A DNA stretch of 64,000 bases from the NCBI GenBank assembly GCA_052279835.1, contig CP181291.1, forward strand, positions 5,152,001 through 5,216,000, given 5' to 3'. Below the pieces are notes generated by a model that was not told the origin of the DNA, searched no databases, and was given only the letters and a program-made list of their open reading frames with translations. Each line of letters opens with the position of its first letter. Position 1 is the stretch's first letter. The position numbers were made by a program, and so were the translations under genes. The stretch is from Microcoleus sp. Lineage in GTDB: Bacteria; Cyanobacteriota; Cyanobacteriia; Cyanobacteriales; Microcoleaceae. Of this stretch, positions 31,521-40,712 are shown piece by piece.

Positions 31521-31958
31521 CTAGGCGCAAGCTAGGCTGAGCCTTTGTTCTGTGATGACTTGACGGATGCGGTTGAGTAGGGCTTGCCAAATTGCATCGG
31601 CGATCGCGACTGGATACTTGAAATGTTCCAGGTCATACTGTACGATGATTTCTAGGGGTGCTAAGGTTTGCTGGTTTCGACAACTGGCAATTGTGGCGAT
31701 CGCCTCTTGTTCCCATCTGGCAAATAGTCTGTAGCTGAAAAAGGAACTGCATTTTTGTCCTTTCTTGTTCAGGTAAACGACTATTACTTGATGTTGTTTG
31801 GGGTAGACTTTCACTATGCGGTTGACGGGCATTCTCAGGGCTTCGGCTGCTTCTTTTTTGGAGATTTGCCAGCACTGGGGTTTTAGCCAACCGGAGGCTG
31901 TAAGGCTCTGGCGTGTGTGGCTTGTCTTGCGTGTCCTGCGTGTGCGTCTATTAGTCAT
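31521..31958 (-). CDS. Basic hypothetical protein
   Basis: 145-aa ORF with SD (GGAG); a diverged partial copy at 28656-28891 keeps the same frame, which supports coding. Confidence 0.75.
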   Translation of the reverse strand: MTNRRTRRTRKTSHTRQSLTASGWLKPQCWQISKKEAAEALRMPVNRIVKVYPKQHQVIVVYLNKKGQKCSSFFSYRLFARWEQEAIATIASCRNQQTLAPLEIIVQYDLEHFKYPVAIADAIWQALLNRIRQVITEQRLSLACA

Positions 31959-32139
31959 TTTTTCGGACTCCTAAATCGTGAGGGGTACTCCGATACAGTG
32001 GTACTAAATTTATACTTTTAATTTTAGAGTAAACTTACTTGTGTGTCAACCCTGACAAGTAAACGATTCAAGCGTTAAATGATAATGATTTATAAACTGA
32101 CCAGTTTACTTGTAGGTACGGTCGAGTAGCTTTTAAGTC

Positions 32140-32487
32140 GTGAACATCCAAAATAGACAAAAACTTAGTGAAATTATCAAAACGGCCCGCGGCTCTATGA
32201 GCCAACGAGCGTTTGGCAAGCTTTTGGGGGTTTCTGCGACTGCTGTGCAATTGTGGGAAAGGGGCGATACTGTTCCAGAAACGGAAAACTTGGCTAAAAT
32301 TGCTGCGAGGGCTGGTTATTCGCTGGAAGAGTTTCTCAGCTTTTTGGATGGCAATCCAGTCTCGCAAGCCCCAGAAATTAACGATATTGTCAAAAAAATT
32401 CAGTTTTTGCCTCTGAGTCAGGTGGCGCTAATTGGCAAAGCTGTAGCGGATAGATTCGCTGCATCGGCTGAAGCTGCTGGGGAATGA
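32140..32487 (+). CDS. Xre/Cro-family HTH transcriptional regulator
   Basis: ARGSMSQRAFGKLLGVSATAVQLWERGDTVP. Confidence 0.9.
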   Translation: MNIQNRQKLSEIIKTARGSMSQRAFGKLLGVSATAVQLWERGDTVPETENLAKIAARAGYSLEEFLSFLDGNPVSQAPEINDIVKKIQFLPLSQVALIGKAVADRFAASAEAAGE

Positions 32488-32531
32488 GTATTAGATAGAT
32501 TTATCTGTAAACTAGGAGTTGTGTTTATCTG

Positions 32532-32888
32532 GTGACTAATACTGTGGACGCAGAAGCTAGGAAAAAATTGAGCGAAGTTGTGAAGCTAGCGCGTGGCTCC
32601 ATGAGTTTTAGCGCTTTTGGTAGGCTATTGGGAGTCTCTGGGGCTGCTGTTCAGTATTGGGAAAAAGGACAGGTTCTCCCGGATACGAAAAATTTGACGC
32701 AGATTGCGGCAAGAGCAGGCTTTACGATGGAAGAGTTAATGGCTCATCTCGAAGGCAAGCCAATGCCGGAACCTGTTAATACCAACGAGCTGCTTAAGAA
32801 AATTCAATGTATGCCAATTAGTGAGTTGGCAGTGATTGGTAGAGCTGTGATGGATAGACTCGCGGCGGCGGCTGAGTCTTCTGGGTAA
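32532..32888 (+). CDS. Xre/Cro-family HTH transcriptional regulator (paralogue of the preceding gene)
   Basis: ARGSMSFSAFGRLLGVSGAAVQYWEKGQVLP; full-length similarity to 32140-32487. Confidence 0.9.
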   Translation: MTNTVDAEARKKLSEVVKLARGSMSFSAFGRLLGVSGAAVQYWEKGQVLPDTKNLTQIAARAGFTMEELMAHLEGKPMPEPVNTNELLKKIQCMPISELAVIGRAVMDRLAAAAESSG

Positions 32889-33027
32889 GCACAGTTGAAT
32901 GGATCGAAGGTGCGATCGCCCTTAAAAATTTTTACCACTCATGGTCATAACAAAGTCAGTAGTTTGTCAAGAAAAAGTATACTTTAACTCAAAATGTATG
33001 CTTCTCCGAAAAAGACGTGTGAATATG

Positions 33028-33052
33028 GGTTCCCAGGCAGAGCCGGGGAACC
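33028..33052. repeat. Short palindromic REP-like element / terminator
   Basis: ggttcccaggcagagccggggaacc between convergent genes. Confidence 0.45.
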
Positions 33053-33081
33053 AGCTTGCATCAGCTAAGATATCCTAGTTT

Positions 33082-34047
33082 TTAGCCGCCCCAAACTTTC
33101 TTTAAAACATCTTCAGGAGAGATGTCCGCCATCTTCCCAGTAGGAGATTTAATGCCCAAAAATCGATCGCTCTTGGGTAACAATTTTGCTGGATCGGTGG
33201 GACCGAACAAAGCTATTGTATAAGTTTGAACCGCTACAGCTAAGTGCATGGGCGCACTATCTGTACACATCATCAAATTAGCCGCAGCAATCATGGCGGC
33301 TAATTTGCCAACATCATCGGGTGATGTCACTTTCACCTGGGGACACAACTTGATTAGTTGGGCCACAAAACCAGCATCTTCTGGCCCTTGAACCACCACC
33401 ACTGGTAAATTTGGCTGTCGCTTTTGACAATCTTCTATTATTTGCTTCCAATTGTCGATCGGGTAAATTTTGTCAATACCTTTAGACACAGCTAACTGAC
33501 TAGAACCGCCGTGAATTAAAATGTAACCACTTTCTTTAATCCCCAACTGTTGCTGTTGGGCTTCCGCCCACTGAATGTCCTGTTTTGGTACATTAATTGC
33601 GATCGCAGGACACGGATTTTTAATGTTGAATCCTTGCAGCAAATCGTGGTACATTGAAGCTGCGTACTGTTCAGTTTTCAGCGGTACGGGATTGGTGAGA
33701 AATAAACTATTGTTGCTTCCGGCATAGCCAACTCTCTGGGGAATGCCCGTCAGCCATAGCAAAAGTCCGACTGTCCAACGCTGACCCAGGGAAATCACTG
33801 CTTCGTATTCGCGATCGCGAATTACACCTAGCAAATTACCCCAATCCGCCATCGCATTCCGGTCTTTGAAATTGTAAGTCAAGACTTCTTTGACAGACTT
33901 GCAGACTCGGTAAGCACTTTTTGCCCTCGGTTCCACCATGACATCGATTTGAGCATCGGGATAAGAATGCTTGAGGTCATCAAGAGTGGGAAAAAATAAA
34001 ATTTGGTCGCCAATTCCACCAGGGACAAGTGCTAGTATTCGCATCAT
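33082..34047 (-). CDS. Glycosyltransferase family 9 (heptosyltransferase-like)
   Basis: GGIGDQIL, DSAPMHLA, ALFGPT. Confidence 0.92.
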   Translation of the reverse strand: MMRILALVPGGIGDQILFFPTLDDLKHSYPDAQIDVMVEPRAKSAYRVCKSVKEVLTYNFKDRNAMADWGNLLGVIRDREYEAVISLGQRWTVGLLLWLTGIPQRVGYAGSNNSLFLTNPVPLKTEQYAASMYHDLLQGFNIKNPCPAIAINVPKQDIQWAEAQQQQLGIKESGYILIHGGSSQLAVSKGIDKIYPIDNWKQIIEDCQKRQPNLPVVVVQGPEDAGFVAQLIKLCPQVKVTSPDDVGKLAAMIAAANLMMCTDSAPMHLAVAVQTYTIALFGPTDPAKLLPKSDRFLGIKSPTGKMADISPEDVLKKVWGG

Positions 34048-34217
34048 AAACGATCGGACTATTATTTATACAAAGTAGCTCTCAGCGATCGGCTTTCAGC
34101 TATCAGCTTATAGTATTTCTAGACCTTAAAAGCTACGGGCTGACAACTAAACCACTGATTGAAGAGTACAGGACGCTCTTATTATATATATGTAGTTGGG
34201 TTAAAAACGGTTAGTAA

Positions 34218-34913
34218 ATGCACTTATTAATTCCTGCGGCGGGTTCGGGGCGACGGATGGGTAGTCAGCGGAACAAACTGCTGCTGACTTTGGTGGGAAA
34301 ACCTTTGTTGAGTTGGACTTTGGCGGCGGCTGAGGCTTCGGGGCACATTACCTGGATTGGTATCATGGGCCAGCCTGATGATTTTCCCGATTTTGAAGCA
34401 ATTTTGAGCGATTTATCTTTGACTAAGCCTGTGAAACTGATTCAAGGTGGTGCCACCAGGCAAGAGTCAGTTTACAACGGTTTGCAGGCTTTGCCTACTG
34501 AGAGCGATCGAGTGTTGATTCACGATGGGGCGCGATGTTTGGCAACTGCTGAATTGTTCGATCGCTCCTCAGAGGCACTTTTGAGCTGTCCCGGCTTGAT
34601 TGTTGCCATCCCGGTCAAGGATACGATTAAGGTGGTGGATGAGCATCGAATTGTGCGAGACACACCGGAAAGGAGCAATTTGTGGGCTGCCCAGACTCCC
34701 CAAGGATTTGAAGTGCAATTATTGAAAAAGTGTCATCAAGAAGGCCGAGAGAAAGGTTGGGAAGTTACTGATGATGCCGCTTTGTTTGAAAAATGCGGCT
34801 TACCAGTGCGAATTGTGGAGGGAGAAGAGACTAATTTGAAGGTGACAACTCCCGTTGATTTAGCACTAGCTGAATTTATTTTGCGACAGAGAACACTGAC
34901 AGTTGACAGGTGA
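34218..34913 (+). CDS. ispD: 2-C-methyl-D-erythritol 4-phosphate cytidylyltransferase
   Basis: PAAGSGRRM, IHDGAR, AQTPQ, VTDDA, NLKVTTP. Confidence 0.96.
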   Translation: MHLLIPAAGSGRRMGSQRNKLLLTLVGKPLLSWTLAAAEASGHITWIGIMGQPDDFPDFEAILSDLSLTKPVKLIQGGATRQESVYNGLQALPTESDRVLIHDGARCLATAELFDRSSEALLSCPGLIVAIPVKDTIKVVDEHRIVRDTPERSNLWAAQTPQGFEVQLLKKCHQEGREKGWEVTDDAALFEKCGLPVRIVEGEETNLKVTTPVDLALAEFILRQRTLTVDR

Positions 34914-35019
34914 CAGTTGGCAGTTGGTAGTTGGCAGTTATTACCAATTACCAATTACCAATTACCAAATCTAAAACCGATAGTGTTATCCTATAAATAT
35001 CATAGCTGGAAATAAACAT

Positions 35020-35685
35020 ATGATTTCTGTTGTGCCGATCGCACCACCGTTAACCCTAGGCGAAAAGCGAGTGGTGTTTAGAGATATTAGTTGGGAGGGT
35101 TATCAACAACTGCTCAAGATTTTTGGCGATAGACGAGCGGCTAGATTGATATTCGATCGAGGGACTTTAGAAATTACCATGCCTTTAGAACAACACGAGT
35201 TTTCGAGATGCTTAATCGAGCTTTTGATTCGGATTTTGGTTGTAGAACTAGGTTTGAAGATTAAAACAATGGGTTCTACAACCTTAGATCGATCGGACCT
35301 AGAACGCGGTGCAGAACCAGACAATGCCTATTACATCCAAAATCAGCCCCTCGTAGCCGGTCGTACCGTAGATTTAGCCACCGATCCAGCACCAGATTTA
35401 GTAGTAGAAGTAGATATCACCCATACTGATATTAATAAACTAGCTCTCTATGCTAGTATGGGAGTACCGGAGTTTTGGAGATACAATGGTAGAGAATGGC
35501 GGATTTATCAGCTAGAAAACTCTGACTATTTAGAAGTGTCTGTCAGCCCCACTTTTCCGATTCTCCCCAAAGAAAAGCTCTACGAATTTTTGGCCGCAGC
35601 GCAGCTAGATGAGGTAGAAGCAGAGGTGAATTTCCGCAACTGGGTAAAAGAGATGACTAAATCTAATCAGTTAAATAACCAATAA
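35020..35685 (+). CDS. Uma2-family endonuclease
   Basis: ISWEGY, EPDNAYY, PDLVVEVD, GVPEFWRY. Confidence 0.92.
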   Translation: MISVVPIAPPLTLGEKRVVFRDISWEGYQQLLKIFGDRRAARLIFDRGTLEITMPLEQHEFSRCLIELLIRILVVELGLKIKTMGSTTLDRSDLERGAEPDNAYYIQNQPLVAGRTVDLATDPAPDLVVEVDITHTDINKLALYASMGVPEFWRYNGREWRIYQLENSDYLEVSVSPTFPILPKEKLYEFLAAAQLDEVEAEVNFRNWVKEMTKSNQLNNQ

Positions 35686-35704
35686 CCAACAACCAATAAT
35701 CAAT

Positions 35705-36613
35705 TCAAGAAGGATTAATGGGAAACTCGCCATCACTCTCAACATCCACCTCACTGGTAACTAAATCCAAAAATGCAAACACGGCCGGAATTAACAGCCC
35801 ATCCCTTAAAATAGCTACTCCAATTACCCTCTGAAAATCCGCCGGGAAACTACAAATTTTCACCTGAGTAGGTATGGGTTCCGCCGCCAAACGGGGCAGA
35901 ATTGCTGCACCCAAACCTTGTAGTACCATACTGACAATAGTGGAATCTTCGCTGAGTTCGTAAGCGATATTTAGGGGACAAGGGGAAGTTGCTAAATACT
36001 TACGAAGTGGTATGGAACAAGCTGTTTCTGGCGGCTGCAAAATCAGCGGATAATTCGCTAATTCTTCCCAGGTAATTTTAGCATTTTTACATTTCGCAGT
36101 CGGCGGTAATAAAACCAGATAGTTGTCTCGCAAGATTTCCCTGGTTTCAAATTCATTGGAGATGGGAAGAGAAACAAAGCCGATGTCTGCTTTGCCCGAT
36201 CGCAAAGCTTCTTCCACAGCTTGCGTATAATAGACTTCGGTAATGCTGACGGCAATTTTGGGAAAGCGATCGCGAAATTTAGCAATGATACGCGGTAGGA
36301 TATGAGTGGCGACACTGCGAAAACTAACTATCCGTACCTGACCACCCTGTAAACCTTTTTCTAAATCCGCTTCTTTGACCATGTGTTCTAACGATCGCAC
36401 AATTTGACGCCCGTGAATCAGTATCCTTTCTCCCACAGGTGTCAGTTGAGCACCATGTCGCCCCCGATGAAATAGCTGCACTCCCAATTCGGTTTCTAAA
36501 GTGGCGATGGCGTGGCTGACTGCTGACTGGGAAAGTTCTAATTGCAAAGCTGCTTCGCTAAAGTTTGCACAGTTTGCTACTGCTATTAAAGCCTGAATTT
36601 GAGAGAGTTTCAT
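35705..36613 (-). CDS. LysR-family transcriptional regulator
   Basis: NFSEAALQLELSQSAVSHAIATLETELG HTH; start 36613 or 36637. Confidence 0.93.
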   Translation of the reverse strand: MKLSQIQALIAVANCANFSEAALQLELSQSAVSHAIATLETELGVQLFHRGRHGAQLTPVGERILIHGRQIVRSLEHMVKEADLEKGLQGGQVRIVSFRSVATHILPRIIAKFRDRFPKIAVSITEVYYTQAVEEALRSGKADIGFVSLPISNEFETREILRDNYLVLLPPTAKCKNAKITWEELANYPLILQPPETACSIPLRKYLATSPCPLNIAYELSEDSTIVSMVLQGLGAAILPRLAAEPIPTQVKICSFPADFQRVIGVAILRDGLLIPAVFAFLDLVTSEVDVESDGEFPINPS

Positions 36614-36653
36614 CCGCCGCGTATTGATTTCTTTCATATAACCAATAACTGAT

Positions 36654-37499
36654 ATGTCTAAATTTATTCTGGAATTTTATGACACTTTTTACTCCTATCC
36701 CTGTAGTTCGCGATCGGCAATTCATAGCTTAAACCTCAAAGTACCCGCCGGGAAACGTTGCGGGCTAATCGGTCAAAATGGGTGTGGCAAAACTACATTT
36801 TTTCTATTAGCAAATGGCTTGTATCAACCGCAACGGGGAATCATTAGCTGGGAAGGTAAACCCTTCAACTACGATCGCAAATATTTGATGCAATTGCGCC
36901 AACAAATCGGGCTGGTATTTCAAAATCCTGAACATCAATTAGTTGCTTCGACGGTGGAAGAGGATATCTCCTACGGGTTGTACAATTTGGGTTTGCCCCA
37001 ACCGGATATTGCTAGAATGGTTCAGGAGGCGATCGAGCAATTTGATTTAACTAAATTAGCTACTCAACCAATTCACAATCTCAGTTTAGGACAAAAAAAG
37101 CGCGTGTCGATCGCTGATATCATGGTTCTCAAACCCAAATTACTGCTATTAGATGAACCTACAGCCTATCTCGATCCACGCCATACGGGACAACTCATCG
37201 GTTTACTCCAAGAAATTCACGCCAGTGGTACTACAATTCTCTTAGCAAGTCACGATCTAGATTTTATTTATCGCTGGGCTGATTGGGTGTTTGTGATGGA
37301 TGGCGGACAACTGATTTTAGAAGGAACACCGGAAAGCGTTTTTGCTCAACGGGAGGTTTTGGAAAAATTGCAGCTTGGTGTACCGCTGGCCATCGAGTTG
37401 ATGGAGCAAATGAGGGCTATGGTTGAGAAAGATGATAGCTCACAAATGCACACTTTTGAGCAATGGCAACAACAAATTTTACAAAAGCGGCGACTTTAG
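36654..37499 (+). CDS. ECF transporter ATPase (CbiO/NikO-like)
   Basis: GQNGCGKT, VFQNPEHQL, LSLGQKKRV, LLDEPT. Confidence 0.9.
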   Translation: MSKFILEFYDTFYSYPCSSRSAIHSLNLKVPAGKRCGLIGQNGCGKTTFFLLANGLYQPQRGIISWEGKPFNYDRKYLMQLRQQIGLVFQNPEHQLVASTVEEDISYGLYNLGLPQPDIARMVQEAIEQFDLTKLATQPIHNLSLGQKKRVSIADIMVLKPKLLLLDEPTAYLDPRHTGQLIGLLQEIHASGTTILLASHDLDFIYRWADWVFVMDGGQLILEGTPESVFAQREVLEKLQLGVPLAIELMEQMRAMVEKDDSSQMHTFEQWQQQILQKRRL

Positions 37500-37565
37500 T
37501 TATTGGTTTTTGGTTCTGGGTTATGGATTATTGGTTTCCGAAATTGATGTTAGGTGGGATTTTTA

Positions 37566-38420
37566 TCACTCAAAAACCACTGTTTTATTCCCATAAACTA
37601 ACACCCGGTTACGCAAGTGCGATCGCACGGCTCTGGCTAAAACTATCCGTTCTAAATCTTTACCTTTGCGAACCAAATCAGAGACTTCATCCCGGTGACT
37701 AACTCGCTCTACATCTTGTTCGATAATCGGTCCGGCATCTAAGTCAGAAGTGATGTAATGAGCAGTGGCACCGATAATTTTTACGCCTCGCTCGTAGGCG
37801 CGTTGGTAAGGGTTGGCACCGACAAAAGCAGGTAAAAATGAGTGGTGAATGTTGATAATATTCGGAAATTTGGTAATAAAATCTGCACTCAAAACTTGCA
37901 TATACTTCGCAAGTACGATTAAATCTATATTATGCTGTTTTAATAAGTCTAATTGCGTGGCTTCTTGTTCAGACTTGTTATCTGGGTTAATGGCAATATA
38001 TTGAAATTCTGCTCCGTATTGTTCGGCTATGTGCTGTAAGTGGGGATGATTGCTGATAATTAACGGAATTTCTGCTAAAAATTGTTTGGATTGTTGTCGC
38101 CACATCAAATCTAACAGACAATGGTCTTGGCGGCTGACCCAAATTGCGATGCGTCTTACTGTATCGGAAAAGTGCAATTCCCACTTAGCTTGTAGAGGTT
38201 GTGCGATCGCCCTGAAAGCCGGGGCAATTTCTTCCCTAGATAAATCAAATCCTGATAATTGCCATTCTATCCTGGTGAGGAACAGTCCCGCAGCAAAGTC
38301 TGTGTGTTGATTGGCGTGGATAATATTACCATTATGCTGATAAATAAAGTTGGCAAATGTGGCGACTAAACCGCGTCTATCTGGACAAGCAATCAGGAGA
38401 GTTGCTGTAGGAAGTGTCAT
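37566..38420 (-). CDS. purU: Formyltetrahydrofolate deformylase
   Basis: ACT CPDRRGLVA, INIHHSFLP, GVKIIGATAH. Confidence 0.96.
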   Translation of the reverse strand: MTLPTATLLIACPDRRGLVATFANFIYQHNGNIIHANQHTDFAAGLFLTRIEWQLSGFDLSREEIAPAFRAIAQPLQAKWELHFSDTVRRIAIWVSRQDHCLLDLMWRQQSKQFLAEIPLIISNHPHLQHIAEQYGAEFQYIAINPDNKSEQEATQLDLLKQHNIDLIVLAKYMQVLSADFITKFPNIINIHHSFLPAFVGANPYQRAYERGVKIIGATAHYITSDLDAGPIIEQDVERVSHRDEVSDLVRKGKDLERIVLARAVRSHLRNRVLVYGNKTVVFE

Positions 38421-38478
38421 ACAAAGTCAAAGTCCTGTAGATTAGTGTGGCTCGCATTTTTGTCAACTCTCAAACAGA

Positions 38479-38772
38479 TTAATCTGCTACTCTTTCGGAG
38501 ACTTCACCTTCGCAAATGGTGAGTTGCGAAGGCTGACATCGTTTGATAATTATACTAAGTCTTTTTGCTCCTTCGCTTTCCAAGTCTTCGATATAGCCTG
38601 GAGTATGGATTAAGGCTTCTTTATCGCTGTCAAAGGGACCAAAATAGTAGGTACAGCGGGGAAAGTTGGTAATAATTTCTACCCACCATTTTTCTTGTCG
38701 TTGACTGTGGGTGGGCTGGGCAAGGAGAGACAAGACTACAACGCATATACAGAATAAATAAAATCCGAGCAT
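38479..38772 (-). CDS. DUF1816-family protein
   Basis: WWVEI.T..PRCTYYFGPF..GYIEDL..EGA. Confidence 0.85.
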   Translation of the reverse strand: MLGFYLFCICVVVLSLLAQPTHSQRQEKWWVEIITNFPRCTYYFGPFDSDKEALIHTPGYIEDLESEGAKRLSIIIKRCQPSQLTICEGEVSERVAD

Positions 38773-38904
38773 TGTTCTTCTTCGGGTAGATTTATGTATT
38801 ATTTCAATTTATCAAGGTAATTTGCGCGATCGAATCAACCTCTGTGCTGATTTTGAGTCAATTGAATCACGCACCCGCCCCACTTTGCGTGTAATCTCCA
38901 ATCC

Positions 38905-38987
38905 GGTAGCATCTGAATTATTCATCCCTCTATTCTCCCCCTCTGTGTCCTCTGTGTTCTCTGCGGTTAAATTATTCCGATGCTACC
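38905..38987. repeat. MITE-like short element with terminal inverted repeats
   Basis: ggtagcatctgaat ... attccgatgctacc; interior matches 4609-4680. Confidence 0.55.
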
Positions 38988-39102
38988 AAAAACGATATAA
39001 TCTCAAATCTAAAGCAAAACCCGCCTGTGCGGGTTGTTTGCTTGCTGAAAAATTCTCTTTTGCCAAAGCCGGTTACTAGGTAGAAACTCAGAAGGCTGAA
39101 GC

Positions 39103-39858
39103 TTAGGACTTACCTTTGGGGAAATGGTCAATCCCAGCCCAACCATAAAAAACCAGTTCGTTGTTTTGGACTCGACACCTGTCTACTCGCAGTTGAGTGC
39201 CTTCGAGAGCAAATTTGTCTAAATCTAGCAAGTTGTTGACGTGGGCAATTATCGCTTTACCCAAGTTGACTGCTTGCTCGTCACCGCCGTAAGTAACGCT
39301 GACAAATTGGATTTTTCGCCGTTCCTCTACTTGCAGTTGAGAAGTAATATCTATCTTGACTGGTTCGCCAGAATCGCCTACGGTAATTTCGGACTGAAGC
39401 CGAATCGATTTATCGGCACCGAAGCTGACTTCGGTGTTTTGAAAATGCAGAGACTGGTCTTGATAATTGAGCCGTTGCAGTTTTTCAACTACAAAAGGCG
39501 TATTGAATGAGGTGGTTAAGTCTGATTGGCTCAAAACTACTCGCATATTTGCCTGGGTAGGCTGTCGTAATTTAACTTGACCTGCAAAAATTGCCCCAAA
39601 ATCAATGGAGAGTGCTTGCAAGTAGAGTTCCATTACTTCGATGCGAAGACCGTTGTACATTAACATTCCTTTGCCAATGAAGTCGAAACCGTCGATGCTT
39701 CCCTGCAAGAGTTTGGCTACAGGTTCGACTCGGATATTGGCTTGGGCCTGTTCCGAACGCTTGAATAAGGCCGCAATCGCAGCTCCTGCTACTTTGCTGA
39801 CAAGGCGATCGCCACTTTGACCTTGAAAGGATGTACCGCTAAACAAAGCTGCTACCAT
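39103..39858 (-). CDS. DUF2993 (LmeA-like) protein
   Basis: KLLQGSIDG, GKGMLM..GLRIE, RVVLSQSDL..SFN. Confidence 0.8.
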   Translation of the reverse strand: MVAALFSGTSFQGQSGDRLVSKVAGAAIAALFKRSEQAQANIRVEPVAKLLQGSIDGFDFIGKGMLMYNGLRIEVMELYLQALSIDFGAIFAGQVKLRQPTQANMRVVLSQSDLTTSFNTPFVVEKLQRLNYQDQSLHFQNTEVSFGADKSIRLQSEITVGDSGEPVKIDITSQLQVEERRKIQFVSVTYGGDEQAVNLGKAIIAHVNNLLDLDKFALEGTQLRVDRCRVQNNELVFYGWAGIDHFPKGKS

Positions 39859-40013
39859 TTATTCGTTTGCTCATCTACATTGGCTATTATAACCCCCTAT
39901 TAAGAAATGTTAAAATAGCTTGTGCTTATGTACATTATAAGAATGAATTGTTTTTTGGATCTGTTTGGAAAATAAGACTTGGACTAGGCCAAGGTGCAGA
40001 GCCTTCTTGAATG

Positions 40014-40604
40014 TTAAAGGCTCAGGGGGGTGCCTTGGAGACAGGCTCGATCGAGTAATGCTCCATCCCAGAGGGTGTGTTCGATCGCAGCACAGAGCAA
40101 ATTAGCACCTGTGAGATTAGCGCCGCGCATTACGGCTCCATTCAGGATAGCTTCTTCCAAGTCTGCACCGGACAAATCTGCGCCGGACAAATTGGCATGA
40201 CTCAAATCTGCGTGGTGCAAAATTGCCCTCGCCAAATTCACAGCCCGCAAATCGGCACCACGAAAATCGACACCGCTCAAATCCAAATTCCCCATCGTCG
40301 CCCCAGCCAAAAAAGCTCCCCCAAAACTGGCGTCACCAAGTTGAGCATTCCCAAAGTAGACTCCGCGCAAGTCAGCATTCCGAAAATCTGCTCCTCGCAA
40401 GTCAGCGCCGCTCAAATCAGCGCCTCGCAGGTTTGCCCGCAAGATGGCACGCTGCAAATTCGCACCAGCAAGATTAGCTCCACTCAAGTTAGCTTGAGAC
40501 AAATCGGTATCGGCGAGCTCGGCTCCCGATAAGTCAGCGCCAGCTAAATTATAGCCGGACAGCAATTTAATTTTGCCTTGGCAAATGGCTTCTATGTTAG
40601 TCAT
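40014..40604 (-). CDS. Pentapeptide repeat protein
   Basis: A(D/N)LxG repeats throughout. Confidence 0.93.
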   Translation of the reverse strand: MTNIEAICQGKIKLLSGYNLAGADLSGAELADTDLSQANLSGANLAGANLQRAILRANLRGADLSGADLRGADFRNADLRGVYFGNAQLGDASFGGAFLAGATMGNLDLSGVDFRGADLRAVNLARAILHHADLSHANLSGADLSGADLEEAILNGAVMRGANLTGANLLCAAIEHTLWDGALLDRACLQGTPLSL

Positions 40605-40712
40605 TACTTATATGGTCATTGGTCATTGGTTATTGGTCATTGGCATCGCTGAGCCCTTCGACTACGCCAGCGGTGCCGCGTAGCGTCGAAGGGTCATTGG
40701 TTATTGGTCAAT

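Noticed and set aside
28640..33000. Island interpreted as a prophage
   Set aside because: No integrase, replication or structural genes; only the Xre pair is phage-like.
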